46,181 nucleotides of DNA from Nitrospiraceae bacterium (lineage in GTDB: Bacteria; Nitrospirota; Nitrospiria; Nitrospirales; Nitrospiraceae): the NCBI GenBank assembly GCA_035632555.1, contig DASQGO010000105.1, forward strand, positions 1-46,181, given 5' to 3'. Positions within the stretch are counted from its first letter, which is position 1; each line of letters begins with the position of its first letter. The position numbers were made by a program, and so were the translations under genes. The notes under the pieces were generated by a model. That model saw nothing but the letters and a program-made list of their open reading frames with translations, was not told the DNA's origin and did not search any database. Shown in pieces: positions 8,929 through 18,144 of this stretch.

Positions 8929-9810
8929 TCACGTCTTCTTCACGTACCGGCCGACCAACAACTGGAGCCGTTTGCGCGTTGCGGCCGGAATCTTCTCCGG
9001 CGCCGTGACAATAGCGTACTGCAGCGCGCTCCCGCATGGGCACGGCCGCATCACCGCAACCGCAGGCACGACCGCGCGCAAAATTCGCTTGGCCTGCGCG
9101 ACATTGTTGTGCAACGTGGCCAGGATCATTTCGACCGTCACCGACTCCTCGCCACTGTGCCAGCAGTCATAGTCGGTGACCAGCGCCATGGTGGAATAAC
9201 ACAGCTCTGCCTCGCGCGCCAGCTTGGCCTCCGGCATGTTCGTCATACCGATCACGTCCACCCCCCACTGCCGGTACAGCAGCGATTCCCCGCGCGAGGA
9301 AAACTGGGGTCCTTCGATGCACAGATACGTACCGCCCCGATGCACCGTCGCGCCGACATCATGTGCCGCCTTCGACAACATCTGGCTCAGTGCGCCGCAA
9401 ATCGGGTCCGCGAATGCCACGTGGGCCACGATCCCCTTTTCAAAAAACGTGCTGGCTCGCCGCTTCGTCAGGTCGATGAACTGATCCGGCAGCACGATAT
9501 GGCCCGGCTTAAGCGCCTCCTTCATGCTTCCCACGGCGCTCACGGAAATGACCCGCACCACACCGAGCGTCTTCAGCGCATAGATGTTTGCGCGGTAATT
9601 GATGTCGGCGGGCGCGATGCGATGGCCGCGGCCGTGCCGGGACAGAAAAGCCACCCGCACTCCATCGAGCGCGCCCACGATCAGCGCATCCGACGGCTTC
9701 CCGAACGGCGTGCGAACCGTGATTTCTCGGATGCCCGACAGCCCCTCCATATTATAGAGACCGCTGCCGCCGATGATCCCGATATCGGCCTGGGACTTTA
9801 CCATGGTCAC
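8929..9810 (-). CDS. mtnP: S-methyl-5'-thioadenosine phosphorylase
   Basis: IGIIGGSGLY, FLSRHGRGH, MTNMPEAKLAREAEL: classic MTAP/PNP family. The start is GTG 9810 (overlapping the miaA stop) or ATG 9804. Confidence 0.85.
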   Translation of the reverse strand: MTMVKSQADIGIIGGSGLYNMEGLSGIREITVRTPFGKPSDALIVGALDGVRVAFLSRHGRGHRIAPADINYRANIYALKTLGVVRVISVSAVGSMKEALKPGHIVLPDQFIDLTKRRASTFFEKGIVAHVAFADPICGALSQMLSKAAHDVGATVHRGGTYLCIEGPQFSSRGESLLYRQWGVDVIGMTNMPEAKLAREAELCYSTMALVTDYDCWHSGEESVTVEMILATLHNNVAQAKRILRAVVPAVAVMRPCPCGSALQYAIVTAPEKIPAATRKRLQLLVGRYVKKT

Positions 9811-10838
9811 TCCGTGCGAACCGGTGAGAGCGCGGCCGGCGATCCGGCCCGATCATGGAGTGACTGCAGAAACCGCCTCACTTCGCCGACGATCCGGTCG
9901 GCAACCTGTGCCGGAGTCTCTGCATCTCCAATTGCCAGCCATATCAACCCCTGTTCCTTTCGGAACCAGGTCAGTTGACGCTTGGCGAAGCGGCGGGTGT
10001 CGCGCTTAAGGCAACGGACCGCTTCCTTGTAGTCATAATCGCCGGCGAGATAGCCAGCCATCTGCTTGTACCCAAGTCCTTTCATGGAACCGAGGTGCCG
10101 TCCATACCCCTTGTCCAGTAAACGGCGCGTTTCCTCAACCAGCCCTTTGGCTAATTCCAGTTCGACCCTCTCATCGACGCGCCGATAGAGCACGGACCGC
10201 TCTCGGGTGAGGCCTATGAGCAGCGGCGTGAACGGCATGTCGGCAAACGCGTGCCGCGTATGCTCCGCCGACAAGGGACGACCCAGCAGATGATGGACTT
10301 CCAGGGCGCGGATGATCTTCACGCGATCGTTGGGATGCAGCCGTCGGGCGGACTCAGGATCCACGTGAGCCAGTTTCCGGTAGAGCCAGTCCGCTCCGTT
10401 CGCATCCGCGTCTTGCTCAAGACGCCGTCGAAATTCCCAATCGGCTGGAGGTCCTTCCCACAAGCCGCGTAGCACCGTCCGAACATAGAGGCCGGTTCCA
10501 CCGACTAGGAGCGGCACTTTCCCCTCGTGGTGCAGCCGGGCGATTTCAGCCACAGCCTGCCGGCGGAATTCTCCCGTGTTGAACGGCTGGCCGGGATCGG
10601 CCAGGTCGATCAACCGGTGGGGCACGCCCTGGCGTTCCTCCGCAGACGGTTTATCCGTGCCGATGTCCATCCCTCGGTAAACCTGCCGTGAATCCGCGGT
10701 CAACACCTCCGTCCCCAATGCCTTCGCAACGAGAATCGCAATGTGGCTCTTCCCGACTGCGGTCGGGCCGACGATGACCACGAGTGGCTTGGTTTCCGTA
10801 ATCCACGATGCGTGATGCGTGAGCGGCTGATTATTCAT
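9807..10838 (-). CDS. miaA: tRNA dimethylallyltransferase MiaA
   Basis: P-loop GPTAVGKS and DSRQVYRGMDIGTDKP. I place the start at ATG 10838 (MNNQPLTH...). The ORF-track start at 10967 would overlap mutL by 97 nt. Confidence 0.85.
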   Translation of the reverse strand: MNNQPLTHHASWITETKPLVVIVGPTAVGKSHIAILVAKALGTEVLTADSRQVYRGMDIGTDKPSAEERQGVPHRLIDLADPGQPFNTGEFRRQAVAEIARLHHEGKVPLLVGGTGLYVRTVLRGLWEGPPADWEFRRRLEQDADANGADWLYRKLAHVDPESARRLHPNDRVKIIRALEVHHLLGRPLSAEHTRHAFADMPFTPLLIGLTRERSVLYRRVDERVELELAKGLVEETRRLLDKGYGRHLGSMKGLGYKQMAGYLAGDYDYKEAVRCLKRDTRRFAKRQLTWFRKEQGLIWLAIGDAETPAQVADRIVGEVRRFLQSLHDRAGSPAALSPVRTE

Positions 10839-10870
10839 GACTTCCGGGCTTTTTCGTCTGCGGTTCACGT

Positions 10871-12631
10871 TTAACGGCCGAAGATCCGCGCTAATTCCTC
10901 TTCCGGCAGCCGTAGCGCGACGCGCCGCCCATGCGGGCAGGTCGTCGGCAGGCCTTCCTCCACCCACTCTTCGATCAGCCGCTTGATTTCCGGCAGCTCC
11001 ATTGCGCGGCCGGCGCGCACCGCTCCGTGACAGGCCAGGGAGGCCATGACGGACCGGAGCCGCGTCTCCAGTGGCGACGCGCTATTCCACTGCGACAGAT
11101 CGTCCACAAGGTCCAGCACCAGCGCGGCATAATCGAGCGGCTTCAGCAACGCCGGCACGGCGCGGATAACGAACGTGTGCGCGCCGAACGGCTCGATCTT
11201 CAGCCCGGCCTGTTCCAGCTCGGGCAGATGCCGCTGCAGCAACATGGCGTGCTGCAGCGGCACGTCCACCGTTTCGGGAATCAACAAGGGCTGTGAGGGC
11301 AGCGCCTGGCTGAGCCGGGCCCGGCACAGCCGTTCGAACAGCACGCGCTCATGCGCCGTGTGCTGATCGATGACTTGCAGCTCGGATCCCACTTGGGCTA
11401 CGAGATAGGTCCGTTCGAGTTGCCCCAAGGGGACGACATCCCGTTCCGCTCCCGTCAGAAAGGTCTGCACCTGCTCGCCGGCTACGGACGTTCCGGATGC
11501 GGTCTCGGCGCGTTGACTGTACGGAACCGGCCCCGGAGGCATCGGATACCCGGTGGCCTGCGGCAGGGAACCGAACGGGGACCCAGGAGGCGTTGCGAAC
11601 TCGCGCGGAACCTGCGTCGCGGCTGTTTCGACGCCGATCGCCGCCCGGACAGCCTGTCTCACCGCCTGAAACACCAAGTCCTGGTCGGCGAACCGCACTT
11701 CCCGCTTCGTCGGATGCACGTTGACATCCACCCGCTCGGAATCCACATCGAGAAACAGCACGAATTGCGGATGCTGCCCCTTGGCCAGATAGGCTCCGTA
11801 GGCGTCGTAGACCGCATGTGACACCGCGGCATTCTTGACGGCACGCCGGTTCACGAAGATCTCCTGCGGTGTCCGCCCGGCGCGCTGGTGCATCGGTTGA
11901 ATCGTCAGGCCCTCGACCCGGATTCCGGCGCGCTCCATGGACACGGCAGCCGCCTGCTCGACAAATCGCAGGCCATATACCTGGAGAATCCGGTCGCGCC
12001 GCGACACAGCCGCCGGATAGTCCGCAACCTCCTGCCCGTTGTGCGTCAGGCGAAACCGCGTGCCCGGCCAGGCCAGCGCGGCCTGCTGAACGGCCTGGCA
12101 GATGTGGGAAAATTCCGTCGTGACCGTCTTGAGAAACTTCTTGCGCGCGGGCGTATTGAAGAACAGCTCTTCGACGTCGATCTGGGTACCGGGCGTAGCG
12201 GCAGCCTCTTCCGACTTCGTGAGCGCGCCTCCGGTCAGCAGCAGCCTGGTGCCGACCGGTTCGTTGCGGCACGCGGTCGTCACCCGCACTTTCGAAACCG
12301 ACGCGATGCACGGCAGGGCCTCACCGCGAAAACCAAGGGTTTGAAGGGTGACCAGATCGTGTTCCGATCGCAGTTTGCTGGTGGCGTGACGCTGAAAGGC
12401 GAGCGGAGCATCGGCCGGCGTCATGCCTTCGCCGTCGTCACTGACGCGGATCAACCGCCGGCCGCCGTCCGTCACATCGATGGTGATCCTGGTGCTGCCA
12501 GCGTCCAGACTGTTGTCGATCAACTCCTTGACGACGGCTGCCGGCCGTTCGACCACCTCGCCGGCTGCGATCCGGCTGATGACCTCACCCGGCAGCACCC
12601 GGATTTTCCCGACACCGCTGACGACGCTCAT
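10871..12631 (-). CDS. mutL: DNA mismatch repair protein MutL
   Basis: GHKL ATPase motifs GEVVERPAAVVKELIDNSLDAG and a C-terminal dimerisation domain. The ATG overlaps the ybgF stop (ATGA at 12628-12631). Confidence 0.9.
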   Translation of the reverse strand: MSVVSGVGKIRVLPGEVISRIAAGEVVERPAAVVKELIDNSLDAGSTRITIDVTDGGRRLIRVSDDGEGMTPADAPLAFQRHATSKLRSEHDLVTLQTLGFRGEALPCIASVSKVRVTTACRNEPVGTRLLLTGGALTKSEEAAATPGTQIDVEELFFNTPARKKFLKTVTTEFSHICQAVQQAALAWPGTRFRLTHNGQEVADYPAAVSRRDRILQVYGLRFVEQAAAVSMERAGIRVEGLTIQPMHQRAGRTPQEIFVNRRAVKNAAVSHAVYDAYGAYLAKGQHPQFVLFLDVDSERVDVNVHPTKREVRFADQDLVFQAVRQAVRAAIGVETAATQVPREFATPPGSPFGSLPQATGYPMPPGPVPYSQRAETASGTSVAGEQVQTFLTGAERDVVPLGQLERTYLVAQVGSELQVIDQHTAHERVLFERLCRARLSQALPSQPLLIPETVDVPLQHAMLLQRHLPELEQAGLKIEPFGAHTFVIRAVPALLKPLDYAALVLDLVDDLSQWNSASPLETRLRSVMASLACHGAVRAGRAMELPEIKRLIEEWVEEGLPTTCPHGRRVALRLPEEELARIFGR

Positions 12632-13416
12632 CGCAATTCCGCGAGCTTGCCCTTCGCCAGCTTGGCTTCGTTGGAATCTTTGAAATCCTGCAGGACGCGC
12701 TTCAGATACTGCCGTGCTTTGTTGGCATTGCCCGTTTCCGCCGCCGCCAGCCCCAGCTTGTAGAGGGCTGCTACGACCTTCTCGCTATGTGGATGATCAG
12801 TGACGACTTTTTCGAACGCCTGCATGGCCCGGGCATGGTCCTTCATGGAGTAATACGATTCACCCAGCCAATACTGCGCGTTCGGAGCCAGCGAGGTGGA
12901 CGGAAAATCCTGGAGAAACCGCTGGAATCCGGCCACAGCCAGCTCATACCGCCCGTTGAGATAGTCGTTGTACGCCAGATTGTACGCGGACGTGGGAGAG
13001 ATATCCGGCGTGCCGGGCAGCGGAAGCACCGGCTCAGGGCGGGGCGCGATGGCGGCCGGCTTGGACTGACGAGGCAGTTCCCCGGTCGCGCCATCCGGTT
13101 TCACCGGTATCGACCGAAGTGCGCTTTCCAGATTTGCAAGCCGGCCCTCGACCAATTTCAAACGGTCCAGCAACTCGTCCGTCTGCGGTTTGTTTGTCGC
13201 CGCATCCTTCCCCGCATCTCCTCCCAACTTGGCCTCGACGGCTTGCAGCCGGCGCTGCACGGCCTCCTGTTGTTTCTGCGCCTGCTCCTGAGACTTGGTC
13301 ACTGCGCGAAGGTCTTCCCGCACTTCGACAAAATCTGCGTGCTTCGCACAACCGGAGACGGTCAACGTCAGCGCACAGGCAAGACACAGCAGAAGGGACG
13401 TCGCGGCATATCGCAT
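12628..13416 (-). CDS. cpoB: Tol-Pal system protein YbgF/CpoB
   Basis: Lipoprotein-like signal (TVSGC), N-terminal coiled coil and a C-terminal TPR domain (AQYWLGESYY...). Confidence 0.8.
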   Translation of the reverse strand: MRYAATSLLLCLACALTLTVSGCAKHADFVEVREDLRAVTKSQEQAQKQQEAVQRRLQAVEAKLGGDAGKDAATNKPQTDELLDRLKLVEGRLANLESALRSIPVKPDGATGELPRQSKPAAIAPRPEPVLPLPGTPDISPTSAYNLAYNDYLNGRYELAVAGFQRFLQDFPSTSLAPNAQYWLGESYYSMKDHARAMQAFEKVVTDHPHSEKVVAALYKLGLAAAETGNANKARQYLKRVLQDFKDSNEAKLAKGKLAELR

Positions 13417-13458
13417 GGAATGCTCTTTCCTCTGTCCTCGGAATTCCCCGTTTGAGGG

Positions 13459-14658
13459 TTACTGGAGCTGGGCCAGCTTTTCTTTCGCCTTCGTCGCCTC
13501 AGGACTTCTCGGATAGGCTTCCACAACCTGCTTCAGCGTCGACGAGGCGCGTCCGCGATCGTTCAGTGCCACGTACGCAAACCCTTTTTTCAGCAGCGCC
13601 GCTGGTACCTTGACGCTATCGGGGTACGCACGGTGCACGCGGTCAAAGGCCTCGATCGCATGCCCGTAATCCTTCGCTCCATAATAGCACTCGCCGAGCC
13701 AGTATTGGGCATTGCCTGCAAGCTGCGAGCCCGGATGACGTTGGAGAAAATCCGAGAACCCCTTCCGCGCTCCGTCATAATCGCCGTTCTTGAACGCCTG
13801 CAAAGATTCCTCGTACCCCTTGTCCTCTCCGTCAGCCGGCGGTCCCTCGGTGGCAACGGCTGACGAACCTGCAGTGGCATGCCCCGGGCCCTTGGCCGGA
13901 CCGGCTTCCGCCGAGTCACCCGGGTGCGAAGCCTGCTTGCCATTCTTGGCCGGCTTGCCCTCTTTGATCTTGCCGGCCTGGGTGGCCATGCCGTGCAGCG
14001 CCCTGGCCACCTCGTCCAGACGGCGGTCCTGCTCCGCTTCCCGTACTTCGATTGCCTCGCCGACCGTTCGCAAGGCTTTGGCAACCGAACTGACGCTCTT
14101 GTTCACCTCCGCCAAATGTTCCGATGTCAATTTGCCGTCAGCAACCACCCTGGCGGACAAATCCGTCAGCGAACGGCTGAGCTGTTCGAGCGTCTTGTCG
14201 TGGCTGCCCAGTTTGGCATCCACGGTTTTGGCCAGCGTGCCGATCGTCTCGGCCAGCTTCGCCAATTCCTCCTGCATTCGGTCACGGTCCGTCTTCAAGA
14301 GATTGGCTTGGTCGTGCTGAATCTTTTCGATCACGTTCAGCCGGGCGGAGGACTTATTCTCGACGTCGTCCAGGCGGCGCTGCACGACGTCGAACCTGTT
14401 GGCGCCCTTGTCCATGCTCCCCCGGAGAGCCGGCAGCTCTTCCTCCCTGAGCGTCGTCAACTCCTGATTGAATCGGGCGCGGGTCTCGCCGATCAATTGA
14501 TCGAGATCCGCTCTCGCCTTGGCGATTTTCGCCGTCAATTCCTTCTCCTGCCTGACCAGATCCGATTGCTGCGCACAGCCGGCCAGCGACAGCATAAGTG
14601 CGCAACCGGCCCACGCTGCACGATACATGCCCGCCCATCTTTTGCCAGAAGCTCGCAC
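13459..14658 (-). CDS. Second YbgF/CpoB-like protein with an expanded coiled-coil region
   Basis: Signal (LSLAGC), a roughly 230-aa coiled-coil/low-complexity region, then a YbgF-type TPR domain (AQYWLGECYY...KAKEKLAQL) about 35% identical by eye to the neighbouring ybgF. Confidence 0.75.
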   Translation of the reverse strand: MRASGKRWAGMYRAAWAGCALMLSLAGCAQQSDLVRQEKELTAKIAKARADLDQLIGETRARFNQELTTLREEELPALRGSMDKGANRFDVVQRRLDDVENKSSARLNVIEKIQHDQANLLKTDRDRMQEELAKLAETIGTLAKTVDAKLGSHDKTLEQLSRSLTDLSARVVADGKLTSEHLAEVNKSVSSVAKALRTVGEAIEVREAEQDRRLDEVARALHGMATQAGKIKEGKPAKNGKQASHPGDSAEAGPAKGPGHATAGSSAVATEGPPADGEDKGYEESLQAFKNGDYDGARKGFSDFLQRHPGSQLAGNAQYWLGECYYGAKDYGHAIEAFDRVHRAYPDSVKVPAALLKKGFAYVALNDRGRASSTLKQVVEAYPRSPEATKAKEKLAQLQ

Positions 14659-14674
14659 CTCGAACCCCGTTTTG

Positions 14675-15307
14675 TTACTTGATGCGCAGCACCAGATGCC
14701 CGCGCCTGTTCTGCCGATAACAGTCCTCGCTATGCTCGCGGCAGAACGGCCGGTCTTTTCCGTAGGATGTCACGACTAGCCGCTTGGTCTCGACGCCCAG
14801 ATCGGCCAGGTAGCTCCGCACCGCCTTGGCCCGTTTTTCGCCCAGCACCAGATTATAAGCCTGCGTGCCGCGCTCGTCGCAATGCCCTTCAATCGTCAGG
14901 GCCTTGTCTGCGTTGGCCTTCAGCCACTGGGCGTCCGTCCCGAGCGCTTGCTTGCCGGCATCTATCACCGTCCAACTGTCGAATGCGAAAAACACATCCT
15001 GCAACCCCGTGCCGGCCGTTGCGGTGGCTTCCTGCCGCATCTCTTCCATGCGCTGGCGGGCCGCCTCCGGTTCGGCTTTGGCCACCACAATGTCGTCGGA
15101 CACCCGCTCCTCGCCCGGCAGAGTCACCGGTGCCGGCGGCTGCGGCTTGCTGACCAGCCCCTGCTCAGTGGTTTTTGAACCGGACGTGCCTTGAACCGTT
15201 TTCTCGCATCCCTGCGCAAACAGCAGCAGGCACCCAGCCATCGTGATCGCGCAGACTGTCTGATAGGATCTGCTCATTGCGTGACGCTCCTGTGTTGAAA
15301 AAGACAT
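14675..15307 (-). CDS. pal: Peptidoglycan-associated lipoprotein Pal (OmpA-like domain)
   Basis: Lipobox LLFAQGC and an OmpA_C motif: FAFDSW...IEGHCDERGTQAYNLVLGEKRAKAV. Start candidates are ATG 15307 (GGAGAG upstream), ATG 15277 (AGGAG upstream) and TTG 15358 in the ORF track. Confidence 0.85.
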   Translation of the reverse strand: MSFSTQERHAMSRSYQTVCAITMAGCLLLFAQGCEKTVQGTSGSKTTEQGLVSKPQPPAPVTLPGEERVSDDIVVAKAEPEAARQRMEEMRQEATATAGTGLQDVFFAFDSWTVIDAGKQALGTDAQWLKANADKALTIEGHCDERGTQAYNLVLGEKRAKAVRSYLADLGVETKRLVVTSYGKDRPFCREHSEDCYRQNRRGHLVLRIK

Positions 15308-15434
15308 TACTTGCTCTCCGTTGGCTGATCGTCGACCTTTTCTGAATCTCCGCCGCAAACTAACCCGGCGTGTTGTTGCACAATCCGTTGAAGGTCAGCA
15401 GCTTTCTGCCCCTGTCATCCCGTTGATTATATAG
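15303..15434 (-). repeat. Degenerate tandem copy of the tolB 3' end plus stop (non-functional)
   Basis: Aligns colinearly with 15439-15570 at about 70% identity by eye, with an exact shared 16-mer TTCTGAATCTCCGCCG at 15340-15355 and 15474-15489. An in-frame stop interrupts the pseudo-TolB reading frame. Confidence 0.7.
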
Positions 15435-15442
15435 TGCAGGCA

Positions 15443-16813
15443 TTATTTCTTCTCTGCGGGTTGAACGTCGATCTTCTGAATCTCCGCCGAAGACCAGGCC
15501 GGCATGCTGTTGTGCGACCCGCTGGAGGTCAGTGGCTCCATTTCCTTCCCATCACTGTTGACCATGTAGAGCTGCGTTTTACCACTCGCTGTCGAACTGA
15601 ACGCCAAGTGCCGTCCGTCCGGCGACCAGGACGGAGAATCGTCGATGCCGGAACCCGACGTCAATTGCGCGCGTTTCTGCCCGTCAGGACTGATCAGGCA
15701 AATTTTGTAATTCCGCTGCTCGCTCCGGCACACATACGCAATCCAGTTGCCGCGAGGCGACCAGGCCGGCGCGGCATTATAATCGCCGTCGAAGGTCAGC
15801 CGGCGCACATTGGATCCGTCTGCGCTCATCAAGTATACCTGCGGTCCGCCGCCGCGGTCGGAGGTGAAGGCCAACTCCTTGCCGGTCGGCGCCCAGGACG
15901 GCGAGAGATCGCCCGCCGAATGGACGGTCAAACGCTGGAGTTCCCTGGTCTTCATTTCCATCGTGTAAATTTCTGAATTGCCGTCCTGGCTCGTTGCAAA
16001 CGCCAGCTTCGTGCCGTCCGGAGAGAGCGCGGGTGTGATATTCAACCCCGACAGCGACACCAGCGGGGAACGTTTTCCCGTGGAGAGATCCACAAGCTCG
16101 ATGTTCTGCCGCGTGCGGCTCTGGTACGAGGTAAACACCAGAAATTTCCTGTCTGGCGACCATTGCGGCGTCAGGTTCAGGAATCCGTCGGACGTGATTT
16201 GTCGGGGGGCATGTCCGTCGTAGTCCATGATATACAACTCGCGGGCGCCTTTCTGCTCCGAGACATAGGCAATCCGCGTCCGCGCAATGCCCGGTTCGCC
16301 CGTGTAACGCGCAACCAATTCGTCCGCCAACCGGTGCGTCATTTGCCGCAGTAACGCCTTGGACCCGACATAGCGCTTGGCGGCGCCAAGGTCGTCGCTG
16401 CCGCCGTCGTACACGAACCGGTCCAGGAGATAATCAGGATCGCGCGTGCCGATCGCGCCCCAAACTAGCACCTTGACGCCTGATTCGACCGCCTGTTTCA
16501 GTTTCTGCCTGTCCGGCGCGCCAGGACCGGCCAACGGAATGCCCAGCTTGGCGGCATCGACCACGGTAAAGACCTGCGACCGGCGAAGGTCGGCGCTGAG
16601 CACGTCCGCAGCCTCCTTGCCAGGGCGCGACGGCAGTACGCCATCCTGGAAGCCCAGCACGCCGATGGGAACTTTTTGAAAGTCAGGCCTGGTCGCCTCC
16701 AAGTAGACGTCCGCCGCGCCGGATTCCAGGATGCTGCCCGCCACGCCGAGACCAGCCAGGCTGAGCGCCACTCCGGCAACCAGGGTCCACCGCGCACTTG
16801 TAGGTCTTGTCAT
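15443..16813 (-). CDS. tolB: Tol-Pal system beta-propeller protein TolB
   Basis: Signal peptide, an N-terminal TolB domain, and repeated SPDG/WSPDG propeller blades. Confidence 0.9.
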   Translation of the reverse strand: MTRPTSARWTLVAGVALSLAGLGVAGSILESGAADVYLEATRPDFQKVPIGVLGFQDGVLPSRPGKEAADVLSADLRRSQVFTVVDAAKLGIPLAGPGAPDRQKLKQAVESGVKVLVWGAIGTRDPDYLLDRFVYDGGSDDLGAAKRYVGSKALLRQMTHRLADELVARYTGEPGIARTRIAYVSEQKGARELYIMDYDGHAPRQITSDGFLNLTPQWSPDRKFLVFTSYQSRTRQNIELVDLSTGKRSPLVSLSGLNITPALSPDGTKLAFATSQDGNSEIYTMEMKTRELQRLTVHSAGDLSPSWAPTGKELAFTSDRGGGPQVYLMSADGSNVRRLTFDGDYNAAPAWSPRGNWIAYVCRSEQRNYKICLISPDGQKRAQLTSGSGIDDSPSWSPDGRHLAFSSTASGKTQLYMVNSDGKEMEPLTSSGSHNSMPAWSSAEIQKIDVQPAEKK

Positions 16814-17703
16814 CCGGCCTCCTCGCCCACCGTGAAGCTAAAATGCGTCTCCAGCATGTCCTCGGTCACATAAAGGGGAAACGACGGAAGCTGCCCGACT
16901 GACAACACCGCCCGCTTGCCGGCATCATCGTAATACCCGTTTCCGGACTCCCGTTCAACCGTCACATCGCTGATACGTCCAGACCGGTACAGTCGGAATT
17001 TTATGACGACCTGATACGACCGGTTCCCGGCATCCACCGGCGGAGCGACCCACTGTTCGCTGATTTTGCTCTGCACGAGCGCCAAGTACCGGCCCAATCC
17101 CGACTCATCGCCCGACACCTGAATCGCTGTCACCGGCTTCGCGACCGGTTTCGGCTTCGAAGCCACCGCTGCCTTCGGCTGAGGGCGTTGCACCTGTTCC
17201 AGCTGCTTGGCAAGTTCGGACAGCGACGGTTGCTTCTCCCGCGCTTTGGTCTCCGTGACCGGCGGCACAGGGACCGGCGCCGGCCGGTATTCTCCCAACC
17301 GTGGGGCTTCCGGAGGGCGCTCGATGCCTCGCAGGGCATCCCGCAACCGGTTATCCGCAGCTTTCATGGTGACATTCTCCTTGACCGACGGCATCACCGG
17401 AATTTTTGCGGCGATCGGCGCGCTCGCCCGACGGGCCGGCGGTGCGGCCGGTTGTGGAGTCGGTGGTGGCGATGGCTCAACGGCCGGCTGGGGCGCCGCT
17501 TCAGGCTGGGGCTGAGGCAGGCTGACCAGCGTCACCTGTGTCGCCTGCAGCCGTTCAGCCTTTGGCGTAAACCGGATACCCGCGACCAGGGCAAGCCCTG
17601 CAAGATGCAACACCAGCGAGACGACCAGCATGCGCTTGACGAGGACGAGCGAATCCCCCGGCATCCCGGCATCAAGCCATCTGGGATCCATCTGTGCCGT
17701 CAT
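16810..17703 (-). CDS. tolA: TolA-like protein (TM anchor, Pro/Ala-rich spacer, TonB_C-type C-terminal domain)
   Basis: Its position between tolR and tolB, one TM segment, a PQPQPEAAPQP... linker and a C-terminal TonB/TolA fold segment. Confidence 0.7.
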   Translation of the reverse strand: MTAQMDPRWLDAGMPGDSLVLVKRMLVVSLVLHLAGLALVAGIRFTPKAERLQATQVTLVSLPQPQPEAAPQPAVEPSPPPTPQPAAPPARRASAPIAAKIPVMPSVKENVTMKAADNRLRDALRGIERPPEAPRLGEYRPAPVPVPPVTETKAREKQPSLSELAKQLEQVQRPQPKAAVASKPKPVAKPVTAIQVSGDESGLGRYLALVQSKISEQWVAPPVDAGNRSYQVVIKFRLYRSGRISDVTVERESGNGYYDDAGKRAVLSVGQLPSFPLYVTEDMLETHFSFTVGEEAG

Positions 17704-17712
17704 GCGACGCGG

Positions 17713-18144
17713 CTACTGAACACGCTCTTCCTGGGCCTTCGCTCCAGGAACGGGGTCCGTCACCATCCCGAGCCGTTCGATTCCGGCCCGCTTGATCTCG
17801 TCCATCACCCGCACCACCGTGCCGTACGGCACCGCGCCGTCGGCGCGCAGATAAATGGACACGTCCGCATTGTTCTGCTTGGCCTGCTTCAGCCTGAACT
17901 CGAGCTGCTCGAGACTCAGCCGGTCCTTGTCCAGATACACTTTTTGATCCCGCTCAATCGTCAGCACCAGCCGTTCATCCGGCCTGATCGTGTTGCTTTG
18001 GGACGTAGGAAGCTTGATGTCCATCCCCCGATACAGCATCGGAGCCGTGACCATGAAAATGATCAACAGGACGAGCACGACGTCCACCAGAGGAATAATG
18101 TTGATCTCAGCCAGGAACCGGCGGCGCCGGGTGTCGAACATCAT
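17713..18144 (-). CDS. tolR: Biopolymer transport protein TolR (ExbD family)
   Basis: EINIIPLVDVVLVLLIIFM TM motif and an ExbD/TolR periplasmic domain. Confidence 0.85.
   Translation of the reverse strand: MMFDTRRRRFLAEINIIPLVDVVLVLLIIFMVTAPMLYRGMDIKLPTSQSNTIRPDERLVLTIERDQKVYLDKDRLSLEQLEFRLKQAKQNNADVSIYLRADGAVPYGTVVRVMDEIKRAGIERLGMVTDPVPGAKAQEERVQ

Noticed and set aside
9807-10967. N-terminally extended ORF-track models for miaA (10967), tpiA (26787), bioB (37690), comF (42758), the ABC ATPase (43543), pal (15358) and rusA (45029).
   Set aside because: Each extension overlaps the neighbouring conserved gene or encodes Arg/Pro-rich low-complexity sequence. Internal starts reproduce the family-typical N-termini (GPTAVGKS spacing, IVGNWKMH, the MTSYDCY... 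N-terminus of BioB, and so on).
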